From assembly GCF_964355755.1 (NCBI RefSeq), contig NC_092677.1, positions 17,444,101-17,508,100 on the forward strand: a stretch of 64,000 bases of DNA, read 5' to 3'. Position numbers and translations under genes: made by a program. The notes beneath the pieces were generated by a model. It saw only the letters and a program-made list of their open reading frames with translations, did no database searches and was not told where the DNA came from. This DNA comes from Antedon mediterranea. Taxonomy: Eukaryota > Animalia > Echinodermata. This document shows positions 26,119 through 38,179 of this stretch, piece after piece (the stretch's first letter is position 1; the number at the start of each line of letters is the position of its first letter).

Positions 26119-27230
26119 TAGTAGGCCTGTTAAGTCCTTCAAATTGTGATAACATTCTGAAACTTTGCACAGTTATTTATTAGGATGTCAAAAATATGAA
26201 ATGGAAGGGTTGCACAAAATTTGGTCAGTGGAAAGCCGCCATTTTGGATTTCAAAATGGCGGACCCCAAATGTTCACTTTTCAGGTATATCTCTGCTAAA
26301 GAGGCGCCTACAGTTCTGATTTTAGGTGCAAATTATATGGTAATGGGGTCAGCAAACATATTTCAGTGTATTTAACTAACATATTGATTGCATGGCGGCC
26401 ATTTTGGATTTCAAAATGGCGGACCCCAAATTTTCACTTTTCGGGTATATCTCTGCTGCTAAAAAGGTACACAGAGTTCTGATTTTAGGTGCAAATTATA
26501 TGGTAATGGGTCACCAAAAATATTGGTATTTAACTAACATTTTGATTGCATGACGGACATTTTGAATTTCAAAATGGCGAACTCAAAATGTTTCAGTACA
26601 GTACCTAAAGTTATAATTTTTGGTACAAAGTATAATATGGTATTGAGGTCAACAAACATATTGGTATAACGTCTTTGATTGCATGGCGGCCATTTTGAAT
26701 GTACTGGCTTTACATTTGCTATTTACATTTACTATTTGTTTATGTTTATAGTTACATGCATTTAACACGGACACAATTATTGTAGGTCATATTTTCCCTG
26801 GCAACCACACAGCTCTGTACATCGTAAATCACTCTTTCTGCATTTACAGCGTCCAAGGTCACAATCGGTGTGTCCACAGCGAATTAAAACCTTTGTGACA
26901 TCTGAAAGTTCCGGCAATGAACTCCAAACTGGACTAAATTTGTTGCCGTCCTTTCTTCATCCCCAGTTCACTGGGTCCTGTTCAACCATGAAGGCATCTA
27001 GACAGTTGTACCACTTCCTGGCTTGTAAAATAGACCGTTTCACATGTTCTCTTAATGCCGCAGATGTTGGTGGGATATTTTCAATAGTCTTTCCTCTTCT
27101 TGTAAAAAGATATCGTCTTGCATCATTTACCTTCTTTCCATTAAATATTCTGCAGTACGTAGTTACAACAAACTGTTCTAGATAATCTGTGTCTGTTTCA
27201 CTAACATCCCCTACAGACAATGGAGTGTGA
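26119..27230 (-). mobile_element. Academ-like DNA transposon 3' remnant (transposase C-terminus with Cys-rich tail plus subterminal repeats)
   Basis: ORF 26957-27268 LEQFVV...VNDARRYLF...IENIPPTSAALREHVKRSILQARKW...DPVNWG continues after a frameshift as ...PVWSSLPEL...LIRCGHTDCDLGRCKCRKSDLRCTELCGCQG (CXC-like Cys cluster). About 160-bp subterminal repeats with palindromic GCCATTTTGGATTTCAAAATGGC at about 26238, 26398, 26557, 26688. Confidence 0.62.
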
Positions 27231-27400
27231 AGCACTGTGGCGCAGTAGTTAGAGCATTGGATTTGCAATCAAGAGTTTGCAGGTTCAAGCCCGGCCGGTC
27301 ACTGCAGTGTTGAGTCCTTGAGCAAGATTCTTTATCCACATTGTTCCTCCCCACCCAGGTAATAGAAATGGATACCGGTATGTAAAAAGTACTGGAAATG
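27231..27400 (+). mobile_element. tRNA-derived SINE (CORE/Meta-like body)
   Basis: Head TGGCGCAGTAGTTAGAGC (A box)...GGTTCAAGCCC (B box), then GTGTTGAGTCCTTGAGCAAGATTCTTTATCCACATTG...CACCCAGGT...AAATGGATACCGG, a typical SINE2 central domain. Confidence 0.75.
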
Positions 27401-27498
27401 TAAATCAGACTCGTTTGTGCGAGAGGAGTGTCGCACCCTCACAAACATATACACTTAGTGGAGTCTGGCCCAAAGCTAAAGAAATGGAGATGGGCACC

Positions 27499-27665
27499 AC
27501 GTCTCAATATTACGTTATATAGGGGTCTCTGTTTTCGAGATTTTCTCGAAAACAGAGACCCCCTATATAATGTAATATTTAGACGTTTTAGTGGGGGTCT
27601 CTGTTTTCGAGATTTTCTCTAAAACAGAGACCCTGGGTCTCGGGTCTCTGTTTTCGAGACACCCG
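27499..27665. mobile_element. Remnant of a palindromic MITE ending in ...CGAGACACCCG
   Basis: About 42-bp-stem hairpin at 27499-27586 with 3-nt loop, a second GGGTCTCTGTTTTCGAGA/AAAACAGAGACCC unit, and terminus GACACCCG shared with the 28282 family. Confidence 0.6.
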
Positions 27666-28281
27666 CGTAGGAAGACATACAAATCTCATGAGATGAGGTC
27701 ATGAGAGGCTCAACTACAAAAACAATCTAGCGCGTACGGCCGTACGTGCTAGATGATAAAATATTTTAACCACGTGGTTGGTTAGATGTAATGAAAATTA
27801 AAAATAGTTGATCTGAAGGGAATGATATGATATGTAAATAAACAAACACTCAAAAGAATTATGTTTACAGTTCAACTATTGTCAGAATAATAGTTTATTC
27901 TTATTTGCCTAACTTTATTTTTCCCCGGCACTTTTGTTTGCCGACGGACGCGATGATGTGCCGATCCGGTGGTCTACAGGGTTGGGTAGGTTTGGCCAGT
28001 ATGCGTACCTTTTTATGGCCAGCGGGCGTCCCGGATGCGATTTTTTTAAAATCTAAATAAACATGAATAATTCATCAGTTAAATTTTTTGTTCCGTGTGT
28101 ACACCCAAGCGTATAGCAACAAGTAATTACAACTGCGATACGATTCTTTCTAGGCCTAGGATTCGAGGTCAATTCATGTGATTGCCTTCGCGCACTCTTC
28201 TTCAAACACCACTGGCACTATGCATAATGTGTCGAGGCTAATCGACAGCTAGGCAAGACATTCAACTAAGTAGTAATTAGA

Positions 28282-29347
28282 CGGGTGTCACGAAACCTAA
28301 GACCACGAAAGCTAAGACCCCCTAAGACCTAAGATCACGAAAGCTAAGACCCAAGACCTAAGATTACAAATATTTATCTTTCGCACCTGCCTTGTATTTT
28401 AACTCCCAACATTTATTCTGAATACCACACCTTAGAATTGGTACTTTCATGAAAAAGAATCACATAAAAAGTAACAAATACATTTTTAAATTGATGATTT
28501 TACAGACGTTTTTCTCGCACACAAAATGACTAGCCTACAGTACAGTAGGCCTACCCCATGTTCAATGTTTTTGTTTCTATGGAACGTCAAAAGAGCAAAC
28601 ATTATATAGAGGGCTGAAAACTCTGTGGAGTCCATCTACAGTGTGGATGGAACAATGTAAAATTAAAATTGTAATGATAATAGTATAATCAGGCAAGTAC
28701 GAGGAAATAAATACTGGCAAATAAATTTTAATTAAAAAATCATGATAAGTTTTTTTTTGTTTCGTTTTCTTTCTGTTTTTATACTTGTACTATTATTGTT
28801 GCTCTTTTGGCGCTCCATAGAAACAAAAACATTGAGCATGGGGAGCTCGAGGAGTTACATTACAGGATACAAAGTCTCAAAGAAACACATCTGTAAAATC
28901 ATAAATTTAAAGGATTTATTTGTTATTATGTGTTTCTCCTTCTGAAAGTACTTATAAGTCCTAATTTTAAAGTGTGGTGTTCAGGATAAAGTTAGTCAAC
29001 AAATTTGGAGTCAAAATACAAGAAAGGCAGGTGCGTAAGAAAAAAATCCTCTGAACCAACACAATGGAGTAAATATATACAAACAAACACCCCGTCAAGT
29101 TTGTTTGTTGTAAAGAAAAAATATACATTTACTCAACGGGCGAAAATAATGTGAGTTTATCTATGTTTTGCGGTGGTATTAAATTATATTTATGGTAATA
29201 AATGAAACCTACTGTGTTTAAAATTATGTATGGATAAACAAGTATTGTTTTTAAGCTGTAGTATATCTTAGAATTTGTAATCTTAGGTCTTGGGTCTTAG
29301 CTTTCGTGATCTTAGGTCTTAGGGGGTCTTAGGTTTCGTGACACCCG
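28282..29347. mobile_element. MITE with CGGGTGTCACGAAACCTAAGACC termini and 8-bp TSD
   Basis: TIRs with repeated CTAAGACC subterminal motifs; flanks TAATTAGA / TAATTGGA. Confidence 0.8.
28377..29040. mobile_element. Foldback module (copy 1) nested in the 28282 element
   Basis: CGCACCTGCCTTGTATTTT...GAATACCACACCTTAGAA...TTGTTTCTATGGAACGTCAAAAGAGCAA is inverted at 28799-29040; same family as 31138-31961. Confidence 0.7.
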
Positions 29348-30085
29348 TAATTGGACATAGCCCATAGAAAGCTTAGACCCACAAGAAGAATGTATATAAT
29401 TTGTTAATTAATTTTTTAATTCTGCTATTTTATTATCAAACAATATGCATGTACTCAAAGGAACTTTAAAAATGCGCGTATATGAACACATGAGATGGAA
29501 AGATTAGAACCACGAGAATAAAAAATGTATTTTTGTGTAATGTAATTGTTTAATTTTGCTGACTTATTTCTCGGACTGTGTCATACCTAACAGTAACACA
29601 CACGTCACACCAACTACTAGCATAGACATGGGCTTTAGAGACTAATAATCAGGCCTAATAGTATTAATAGAAACTATAATTTTAACACGTAATTCTTTAG
29701 TACTGTAATACATTATATTAAAAACACTATCATAAACAAGGCTGATTATTTCGACACAGCGGAGATAGGCCCAGAATCGTATCGCAGTTGTGTCGTGTAA
29801 TCACTTCTTGTTGCTATACGCTTGGGTGGACACGTAACAAGAAAATTTAACTGATGAATTATTCATGTTTATTTTGTGACGTTTCATTAAGGGGTCCCTA
29901 ACTTATGTACGAAAAAAAAAATCGCCGCCCGCTGGCCATATTGCGCACAATATCCGGGACGCCCGCTGGCCATAAAAAGGTATGCATACTGGCCAAACCT
30001 ACCCAACCCGTATCGATCCGGTCCCCCCACTATCCACTGGCCGGTCGTTCACTCTTACAAGACTGTCTTTTCCCACGGTTGGTGG

Positions 30086-32147
30086 GAGTGTTGACAAAGT
30101 GCGAGGCAGCGAGGCACGCGAGGCAAGCGGGGCATGCCAAATATTTGTGCGAGGCATCATTTTATCATTTCCAAAAGTGCGAGGCATGCAAGGCATATAG
30201 TTTACAATTTCAAAAAGGTGCGAGGCATATCTTAACGTGCTATTATGCTATATTATAGGCCTAATAATCAATCGATACAAGCGTATCTAAATAGATTCGT
30301 GTATACACTCATCATGTTGTTTATTTTTATGTAACGATTGTTTTTTTATTCAAGTCATATCGTGTCAAATTTTACTTTTACAAAAGTGCCCAAACTACGG
30401 TTCAAAAATCTGAACGACAGTCTTCAACTTTCGATAAACAATAATTGTTATAGCGACACACTCATCAAATGACTGCAATGTTTGTTGGCATTTCGAGCGT
30501 GTTCACTCACATGTCTCTCGAACATAGCAGAGTGAAAGTAATATTTTGTCACACCCCTGCGCCTAGATCGGGTAGACCCGAGAGATGGAAAATCCCTCTT
30601 TACTATTTAGCAGGTAGCGGAATGATTCAGCCCTCAGCTAGCTCAGAGGATTGTGGGGCATTCCCCTCCTATAGCACGTGGTTTCAGCAGCAACGCACAG
30701 ACTTCTCTCTGAGCGGCGTGCCAAAGACATTTTTGACATTCCATTCTCTAGGAACAACACGTGTACCTCTCTCGCAAATAAGGTGAACAGCGATTGCCAG
30801 GACAAGTTCAATAACTGGCGGTGAATAAAAGGTAACTGATATGGCGATCCAATAACATGCCGCAAAGAAAAAAATTGCGACAGAATTCTGGAGCGCGTGT
30901 GAAAAAAGACTTACGTCCGACAATTGTAATACTAGGCCTAAAATTAAACTTTAGCTAATATGCTTAGCCCTAACCTAGATAAGAGGCCTATTTAGAAAAT
31001 AATTTAATCAATTTTGATATAATAATAATTGGTGTAATATTTAATAATGATACACTATTCCTGTTTCAGTAAGCTAGGTATATATTACGAACGATTTTTA
31101 TTTATTGTTGTCCATGTACGTACTAATAAACCTGGCGCCAGTTTCCTTCGCTTGTATTTTTACTCCAAATTTGATAACTAACTTTATCGTGTGAATACCA
31201 CACCTTAGAAGTATACCTCATGAGTACTTTAATGAAAGAATCACATAAAAAGTAACAAATAAATCCTTAAATTAATGATTTTACAGGCGTGTTTCTCGCA
31301 CACTGTTCGCGAATTTCACTTATTCAATGTTCAATATTTTTGTTTCTATGGAGCGCCAAAAGAGCAACGATAATAGAGGACTAAAACTCAGTGGAATGCG
31401 TCAATTTCTCATGCATTTATTGGTGAAAATTTATTTCAATATATTTGTTAATTTGTCAATAAAAATGCTGTAATATGTTACTGCTGATACTGTTCTGTTT
31501 TCAAAGAATAATAATCGATCCTAAATCAACATCACTAACTACCTAGTCTAGACCTAGGGCATCCTACTAAGGATATTATGATGAATTTTTTCTATTTTAT
31601 TCTTTAAAAGGTTAACGAAACCGTGTACATTATCAACAGTAACATTTTTCCTTACTGACAGTGACAAAATCTATTGAAATTGTACTTGATTTTCACCAAA
31701 TAATGCGTTAAATATAAATGGATTCCACAGAGTTTTTAGCCCTCTAATTAATTTTGCTCTTTTGGCGTTCCATAGAAACCAAAATATTGAACATTGAGTG
31801 TGCGAAATGCGAGAAAAACAACGTCTGTAAAATCACCAATTTAATGGATTTATTGTTACTTTTATGTGATTTTTCTTCATTAAAGTAGGCCTACTAATTC
31901 TAAGCTGTGGTATTCAGGATAAAGTTGGTTAAAATACAAGGCAGGTGCAAAAGGAAACTAGCCTAGCGGGCCTAGGCCTAGGCTACTTCAATTTCGGTGA
32001 TTTCCTGCCTTGCAATTTTGAGAAATGATAAAATGATGCCTCGCATTTTTTGATGATGGTAAAACGATGCCTCGCAAAAATTTCTGACTTGCCTCGCATG
32101 CCTTCCCTGCCTCGCGTGCCTCGCTGCCTCGCACTTTGTTACTACCC
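30086..32147. mobile_element. Non-autonomous TIR element with CGAGGCA subterminal repeats and 8-9-bp TSD
   Basis: ACAAAGTGCGAGGCAGCGAGGCACGCGAGGCA at 30094 is inverted at 32108-32139; flanked by GGTTGGTGG; the paralogous empty site CTTTTCCCATGGTTGGTGGCCTAG is at 38202-38225. Confidence 0.85.
31138..31961. mobile_element. Foldback module (copy 2) nested in the 30086 element
   Basis: Palindromic across nearly its whole length: AGTTTCCTT/AAGGAAACT, GAATACCACACCTTAGAA/TTCTAAGCTGTGGTATTC, TAGAGGACTAAAACTC/GAGTTTTTAGCCCTCTA. Confidence 0.72.
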
Positions 32148-33299
32148 GGTTGGTGGCTGCCTAATTATGCATCTTGCTTTTATCTTTGTGTTTAACATTT
32201 TAACCCGCCGCCGCCAACGGGACATTGACCTGGTGGTGCGCTGTCTGGTGTCAGTCACTGAAGACATTATCCGTGTTATCGAATGATTTATAATAAATCA
32301 AACATACCACTGTATAATAATTTAGGTTAGACACTGGAACAATTATATGTCACAGGTTCAATTTACCTTACCGAAAATCGTGACCGCCCCTCTTCCTCTT
32401 CAAAATTCCAAACATTTTATTGTTTCACTTAAAATGGAAATTCATTTGTTTGGGATATAACGTAAGACAATACAGGACAATACAACTTCAAGAAAAATAC
32501 ATCAAATTGCACAAACGCTATAGGCTAAAGTTAAAATACGGTTAATAAGCCAATGTTAAAATACCGTTAATAAAACGATTAAAAATGATTAAAATTCAAA
32601 ACAAAAATTACAGTATAGAGTTACCGTTGAACATTTTAATTATACATATGAATGCTATTTACAACACAGGACTTCCTAGTTCTACATACTGTAGATTGAC
32701 TTGGTCGTGGTCTAATTGTCATTATTATAATTGTCTGCTATCGATAGAAATATCTACAGAATTTGTTTCTATTAAAATCTTCTTATTATTTTATTTTAAT
32801 GTTCTCTAATACAATGAACAATTAAAAAATGTATTTATCAATTTTATTTTGTGGCTTTACTAAGCTAAAGTTGATCACAAGTATAGGCCTATAAACTTAA
32901 ACTTGTTATACTACAATAATAATAATCAAGAAGGGTAGAATTGTAATCGTTAGAACTATTGCCACATGTCTATGAAACGGTGTCAGTTAAAATACTAGGC
33001 CTGTTACATTTAAATGTAATTCAAGGGTGCAGCTTTTGAGCAGGGTTTGGGGTGGTGGTGGTGGAGGTGGAGTACTCACATAATGCGCGCATGTTTGCCG
33101 CCTTGGAGATTGCTCGCACACCGCACGCGCCTCACGTGTGTCCATAACAACGCTCCTTTGGTACTACTGTGACAACGAAACATAACAAACGTCCATTGAA
33201 CTTCTTGGAAGCAAGTATAAATTTGTTGCTCTTCAATAAAAGTTACTTATTATACTGATTTCGAATACTGTACATCATTTGTTTTATTTAAAAAATACA

Positions 33300-34808
33300 A
33301 TGCCCACATCTGATACAAGGTGAGCAAGACTTAAAACTAAAACTAAATATTTTGCGTCTGGGAGCTAGGTCGTTGAGTAGTCCCACCAGGACCACAGTTA
33401 TTAGACAGACAGAGTAGAGCAAAACATCTGACCAATTAAGAATTTTCTGTTTGTAGGTCTAATGTTAATACTAAACGCGTATTGACATTTTAATTTCAAA
33501 GCATGTTTTAAATAAAATAATTATTTTAGAGAATATTATGATTATTACAGATCGGGACAGAACGTTGGATCACATCAGCGTAGATCCATGATTAAGCGCA
33601 TTTGGACGGCTGTCCTTGCGCTATTTTGCGTCAAAGCAGATGGCGACAGCGATGTCCCTTATGAAAAGACGAAAGCTAGCAGTGCCAGCAACAGAGATGA
33701 TGACAATCCGATTCGTCTGTCAACAAATCAGAAACCTGATTCTAAGTCTTCTCTCAAGCATCACAGCATTAGGCAGGACATCATACAAGACATCACCTCG
33801 AATGATTACAAAGTCTGTTCCAGTAGGTCTAGGCCTACCTCTAGAGGCATATAAGAATGGCTATTCATCAGCACCTGGACGAATGTCATTAGGAAGCAGC
33901 AACAGTAGCTGGTATTCGTCTGTTTCTGGACAATTTAGTATTCATATGGATGCCTCTTTCAAATATCTCGATTGCATTCTGCCTCAAGTACCATATATAG
34001 ATTCTTCAATTATACCACCTTCTCCTTTAAAAGAACTTGGAAGCGGAAGTTATGGACGTGTGGACCTAATGGAAATAAGTCATCAAATGGTGGCTGTGAA
34101 AACTGCATATCTGAACAGCAGCTATGAAGATACACATAAAACGAGGTTGAAATTGTGTATTGAAGCACGGATCATGAAATATCTGGAGAATGATTCAACA
34201 TTTCCACAAGTGTATGGAGTTTTTCGAAAGGAAGGAAAGTATATGATGGTCATGGAATATGTAGCAACACCAGGAGAAGATAAAACAACCACACTGAGAG
34301 ATGCGCTGGAAACTGGCAACTTCAATGACATCGAATTAATTGACATTATACTGGTCGTAGCCCAAGGATTAAAGAAAATGCACAGTCTAGGATTACTACA
34401 CAATGACCTGGCTTTAAGAAATATACTTGTGTATAATAATGGTTTTAAGACAACCGCAAAAATAATAGATTTTGGGATGGTGTCAGCCATTAAGGAGCCC
34501 AGGCCAGGAAACATGTACAACAAAGTATTTCAGCAGATGGGAGATACAGTAGAATTTGTAAACAAATATCCCGACATCGCACCAGAACGCGCACTGCATT
34601 CAGCCCATGATTCCATAGCGACGGATGCGCGCACTTGGAAACGTCATTAACCAAATTGCAAACACCATTGGCAGTGATCATAATGTCAACCCTTAGTAGT
34701 CTTTGCCAACAGCAAGACCCAACAAACACAAGACCTACAGTTGACGCCATCATTAAATATCTACATATGATTCGTCAAGTTCAAATGCTGACCCACAATC
34801 ATTTCTGA
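33300..34808 (+). pseudogene. Two-exon tyrosine-kinase-like (non-RD) protein kinase gene with frameshifts
   Basis: TATAAA at about 33217; exon 1 33300-33319 (ATG..AG|GTGAGC); exon 2 from 33551. Motifs LGSGSYGRV, VAVK, IEARIM, MVMEYV, LLHNDLALRNIL, KIIDFG, PDIAPE. The exon-1 frame stops at 33854 (+1 shift into the kinase frame). Subdomains IX (TD..LG) and XI (CQQQDPTNTRPT) need two further shifts at about 34630 and 34670-34690. Confidence 0.8.
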
Positions 34809-35150
34809 TGATTTTCATATTAAGCAGTTGATTTAACAAATATTTTACAATATCAATTTTAAATTTAGTTGTACTTTTAGTTTGTATGTTGTTTTCAAAA
34901 ACACTTTTAAGTTTAAATGTTACAACAATACACAGGTATTTAAAACAAAGTATACACACCCTAATTTGTCCATATTAACGATCGTCACATCACCATCATG
35001 TAGTACCACCAACAATACAAGAAAATTCACTTGCACATTGTGATTGGTTATTAGTTTGTAATGACGTCATCTGGTAAGGCTCGATAGATTTGACATTTGA
35101 TGACCCCTCAATGAAGAGCATACAGTGTCCTGATTGGTGCATGTGTTATG

Positions 35151-38148
35151 TATGGAAAGCCAAACCCGCCAAAAATACATAATACATACCATCCACCAAT
35201 AATTAATTCGTACAAAATTCAAACCATCCAATATTATCTCATGCAGTTCAATGAAAACTTAAACCATTCACCTAGTATCTACACCATCCAATACAATGTG
35301 TGACCATCTACCACTAGCCCAAACGACAGTACGCCGAACAAACTACCCATAACACAAACCATCTAAAGAATGTTGAGCCCAGGCAGCAATAATTGAATTA
35401 ATCTAACGTTAATACAAGTATATATTAGCCAACTCATTTATCAACATTTCATGTTGTTCATGAACATTTCAAACAAAGCATCTTAATTATAGTTCATCGA
35501 ATTCTAATTCTAATACATTGCCTGTTTTATACACCGTTCGTCTGTTCAACAGTTTAAACAACTGTTTTGCACACGATACGCCCGTTCGTGAGTTCAAACC
35601 ATGATATTTGAAGCATCGACTTTCCAAACAGCGATTTTTCGCACCGAACGTATTTTCTTGAGTTAAAGTGGTTGCATTTCAATCACTTACTTTTGATTGG
35701 CCAGTATTACACACCGTTCGCTTGTTCGTGATTTCAAACCATGATATTTGAAGCATCGACTTTCCAAACGGCGATTTTTCGCACCGAACTTATTTTCTTG
35801 AGTTAAAGTGGTTGCATTTCAATCACCTACTTTCGATTGGCCAGTATTACACACCGTTCGCTTGTTCGTGATTTCATGTGATAACATTTCATTCGACAAC
35901 TTTTCAAACGTTAGCTTTTGGCTCCGCTTACGTATATATCAATTGATATACTATTTTTTAATTTTCATACTTTCCATACATCAGTTTTGTACATCATTCG
36001 CATTTACGCATGTAAAGTGTAGATATTCCACTCGACAAGTTTTAAAACGGTAGTTTTTTTTTTATTGTTAAATTGTAACTGTTGGCGCCGATTTTATATT
36101 GGGGGGGGGGGGGGGGAGGTGTTCGGTACTGAATGTGAACAGTACACATTTTTAAATATGGTATCTCTACATGTCCGGAAATTACACTCTCTCAAAAAAA
36201 GGGGGTGTAAGTGTGTAATATTAAATCAACCACAACCACAACCGTAAGATGAGAACATTTTAGGAACAATGGACATGTTAATTGTAACAGGCCCACAAGC
36301 TAAATTATATTATTTCATTCTGTTTTTTTTTTTCATTATTTAAGTTTGTGATAATGTGTGTAACCAGGGAGATGTAAAATAAATTTATAAATTAGTTTAC
36401 ATCTCCCTGTGTGTGTAACGTAGGCCTAGGCCTAAGTAAGTGTCATACAGTCGTAAAGTTGACATTCACCCCCCGCCCCTCAATATTAAATCGGCGCCAA
36501 CAGTTACAATTTAACAATAAAACAATAAATGTGCGAACAACTACCGTTTAAAACTTGTCGAGTGGAATATCTACACTTTACATGCGTAAATGCGAATGAT
36601 GTACAAAACTGACTATGGAAAGTATGAAAATTAAAAAATAGTATATCAACTGACATATACGTAAGCAGAGCCAAAAACTAACGTTTGAAAAGTTGTCGAA
36701 TGAAATGTTATCACATGAAATCACGAACAAGCGAACGGTGTGTAATACTGGCCAATCGAAAGTAGGTGATTGAAATGCAACCACTTTAACGGGTGTGTAG
36801 AAAGCGACGACCTCGAATTGGACGACCCCAACGACCCGGGCGACCTCGAATTGGACGACCTAGAATTGGACGACCCATAACACGAAACCGACGACCCTAG
36901 CCTAGCCTATAGGCCTAAGTGTGGTATAACATCCCGAAGCCGATTAGCACACGAAATACCAGGTCAAAACGGCCCCTTTTTCAGCGGCGGGTGAGAAGGT
37001 TTGACCGTATACAATGCATGTGTGAAATGTAAAGCTTTTCTTATGGCCCTCCCCCATGCACATGTTCGCAACACGCTGCTTGGTAGGCCTATAGTGTTCG
37101 TTATAAGAAGACCAGATGTAATTATACGTCCATGATTTAACCATGTAATGTATAATATTTATTTCTTTTTAATTTATTTTTAATATGTCGAATGCAGTTT
37201 TAATGATGCACTCTTGGCGTTCCATATCTGTTCGTTTGTTCGTGTCGACACATTCAGTATGAAATGGCGATATTTCTGTATTTTTTCAATCAATTGCTTG
37301 CTTGCGAGTATAAGGTATGGTTTAAAGATCTTTGGCTATGTTCGGCTTCGGAATGTTATACCACACTTAGGCTAGGCTATAGGGGTCGTCGGTTTCGTGT
37401 TATGGGTCGTCCAATTCTAGGTCGTCCAATTCGAGGTCGCCCGGGTCGTTGGGGTCGTCCAATTCGAGGTCGTCGCTTTCTACACACCCCCACTTTAACT
37501 CAAGAAAATACGTTCGGTGTGAAAAATCGCCGTTTGGAAAGTCGATGCTTCAAATATCATGGTTTGAACACGAACAAGCGAACGGTGTGTAATACTGGCC
37601 AATCGAAAGTAAGTGATTGAAATGCAACCACTTTAACTCAAGAAAATACGTTCGGTGCGAAAAATCGCCATTTGGAAAGTCGATGCTTCAAATATCATGG
37701 TTTGAACTCACGAACGGGCGTATCGTGTGCAAAACAGTTGTTTAAACTGTTGAACAGACGAACGGTGTATAAAACAGGCAATGTATTAGAATTAGAATTC
37801 GATGAACTATAATTAAGATGCTTTGTTTGAAATGTTCATGAACTACATGAAATGTTGATAAATGAGTTGGCTAATATATACTTGTATTAACGTTAGATTA
37901 ATTCAATTATTGCTGCCTGGGCTCAACATTCTTTAGATGGTTTGTGTTATGGGTAGTTTGTTCGGCGTATTGTCGTTTGGGCTAGTGGTAGATGGTCACA
38001 CATTGTATTGGATGGTGTAGATACTAGGTGAATGGTTTAAGTTTTCATTGAACTGCATGAGATAATATTGGATAGTTTGAATTTTGTACGAATTAATTAT
38101 TGGTGGATGGTATGTATTATGTATTTTTGGCGGGTTTGGCTTTCCATA
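35151..38148. mobile_element. Foldback non-autonomous element with about 950-bp arms, TATGG...CCATA termini and 6-bp TSD (IS3EU-like)
   Basis: 35151-36110 is almost exactly inverted at 36468-36789 plus 37491-38148; GTTATG on both flanks; TAY..RTA ends with 6-bp TSD match the IS3EU superfamily description; arms contain a roughly 120-bp tandem subrepeat. Confidence 0.8.
36790..37490. mobile_element. MITE with CGGGTGTGTAGAAAGCGACGACC termini and 8-bp TSD, inserted in the right arm of the foldback
   Basis: About 150-bp TIRs with GGACGACC subrepeats; perfect TSD CACTTTAA (36782-36789, 37491-37498); the left arm of the host shows the empty site. Confidence 0.88.
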
Positions 38149-38179
38149 GTTATGTTTATCTTGGGCCAAGCATGCTTTC

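Larger units (their letters stand above)
27977..30010. mobile_element. Non-autonomous TIR element with about 170-bp inverted arms (outer layer of a nested set)
   Basis: GGGTTGGGTAGGTTTGGCCAGTATGCGTACCTTTTTATGGCCAGCGGGCGTCCCGGAT...CACCCAAGCGTATAGCAACAAG...ACTGCGATACGATTCT is inverted at 29772-30010. TSD is ambiguous (TA or CGATCCGGT). Confidence 0.75.

Noticed and set aside
27231-27305. tRNA gene
   Set aside because: A and B boxes are present but there is no pairing acceptor stem, and it runs directly into a SINE body.
34122-34523. 133-aa antisense ORF
   Set aside because: Shadow of the kinase coding strand, with no recognisable motifs.
33616-34650. Intact 344-aa kinase CDS as given in the ORF track
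   Set aside because: Starts at a non-ATG codon out of frame with the spliced first exon and terminates before subdomains IX-XI; treated as a frameshifted gene.
35808-36784. Two near-identical small ORFs (MVAFQSPTFDW...) on opposite strands
   Set aside because: Consequence of the foldback arms; GTG starts and no coding features.
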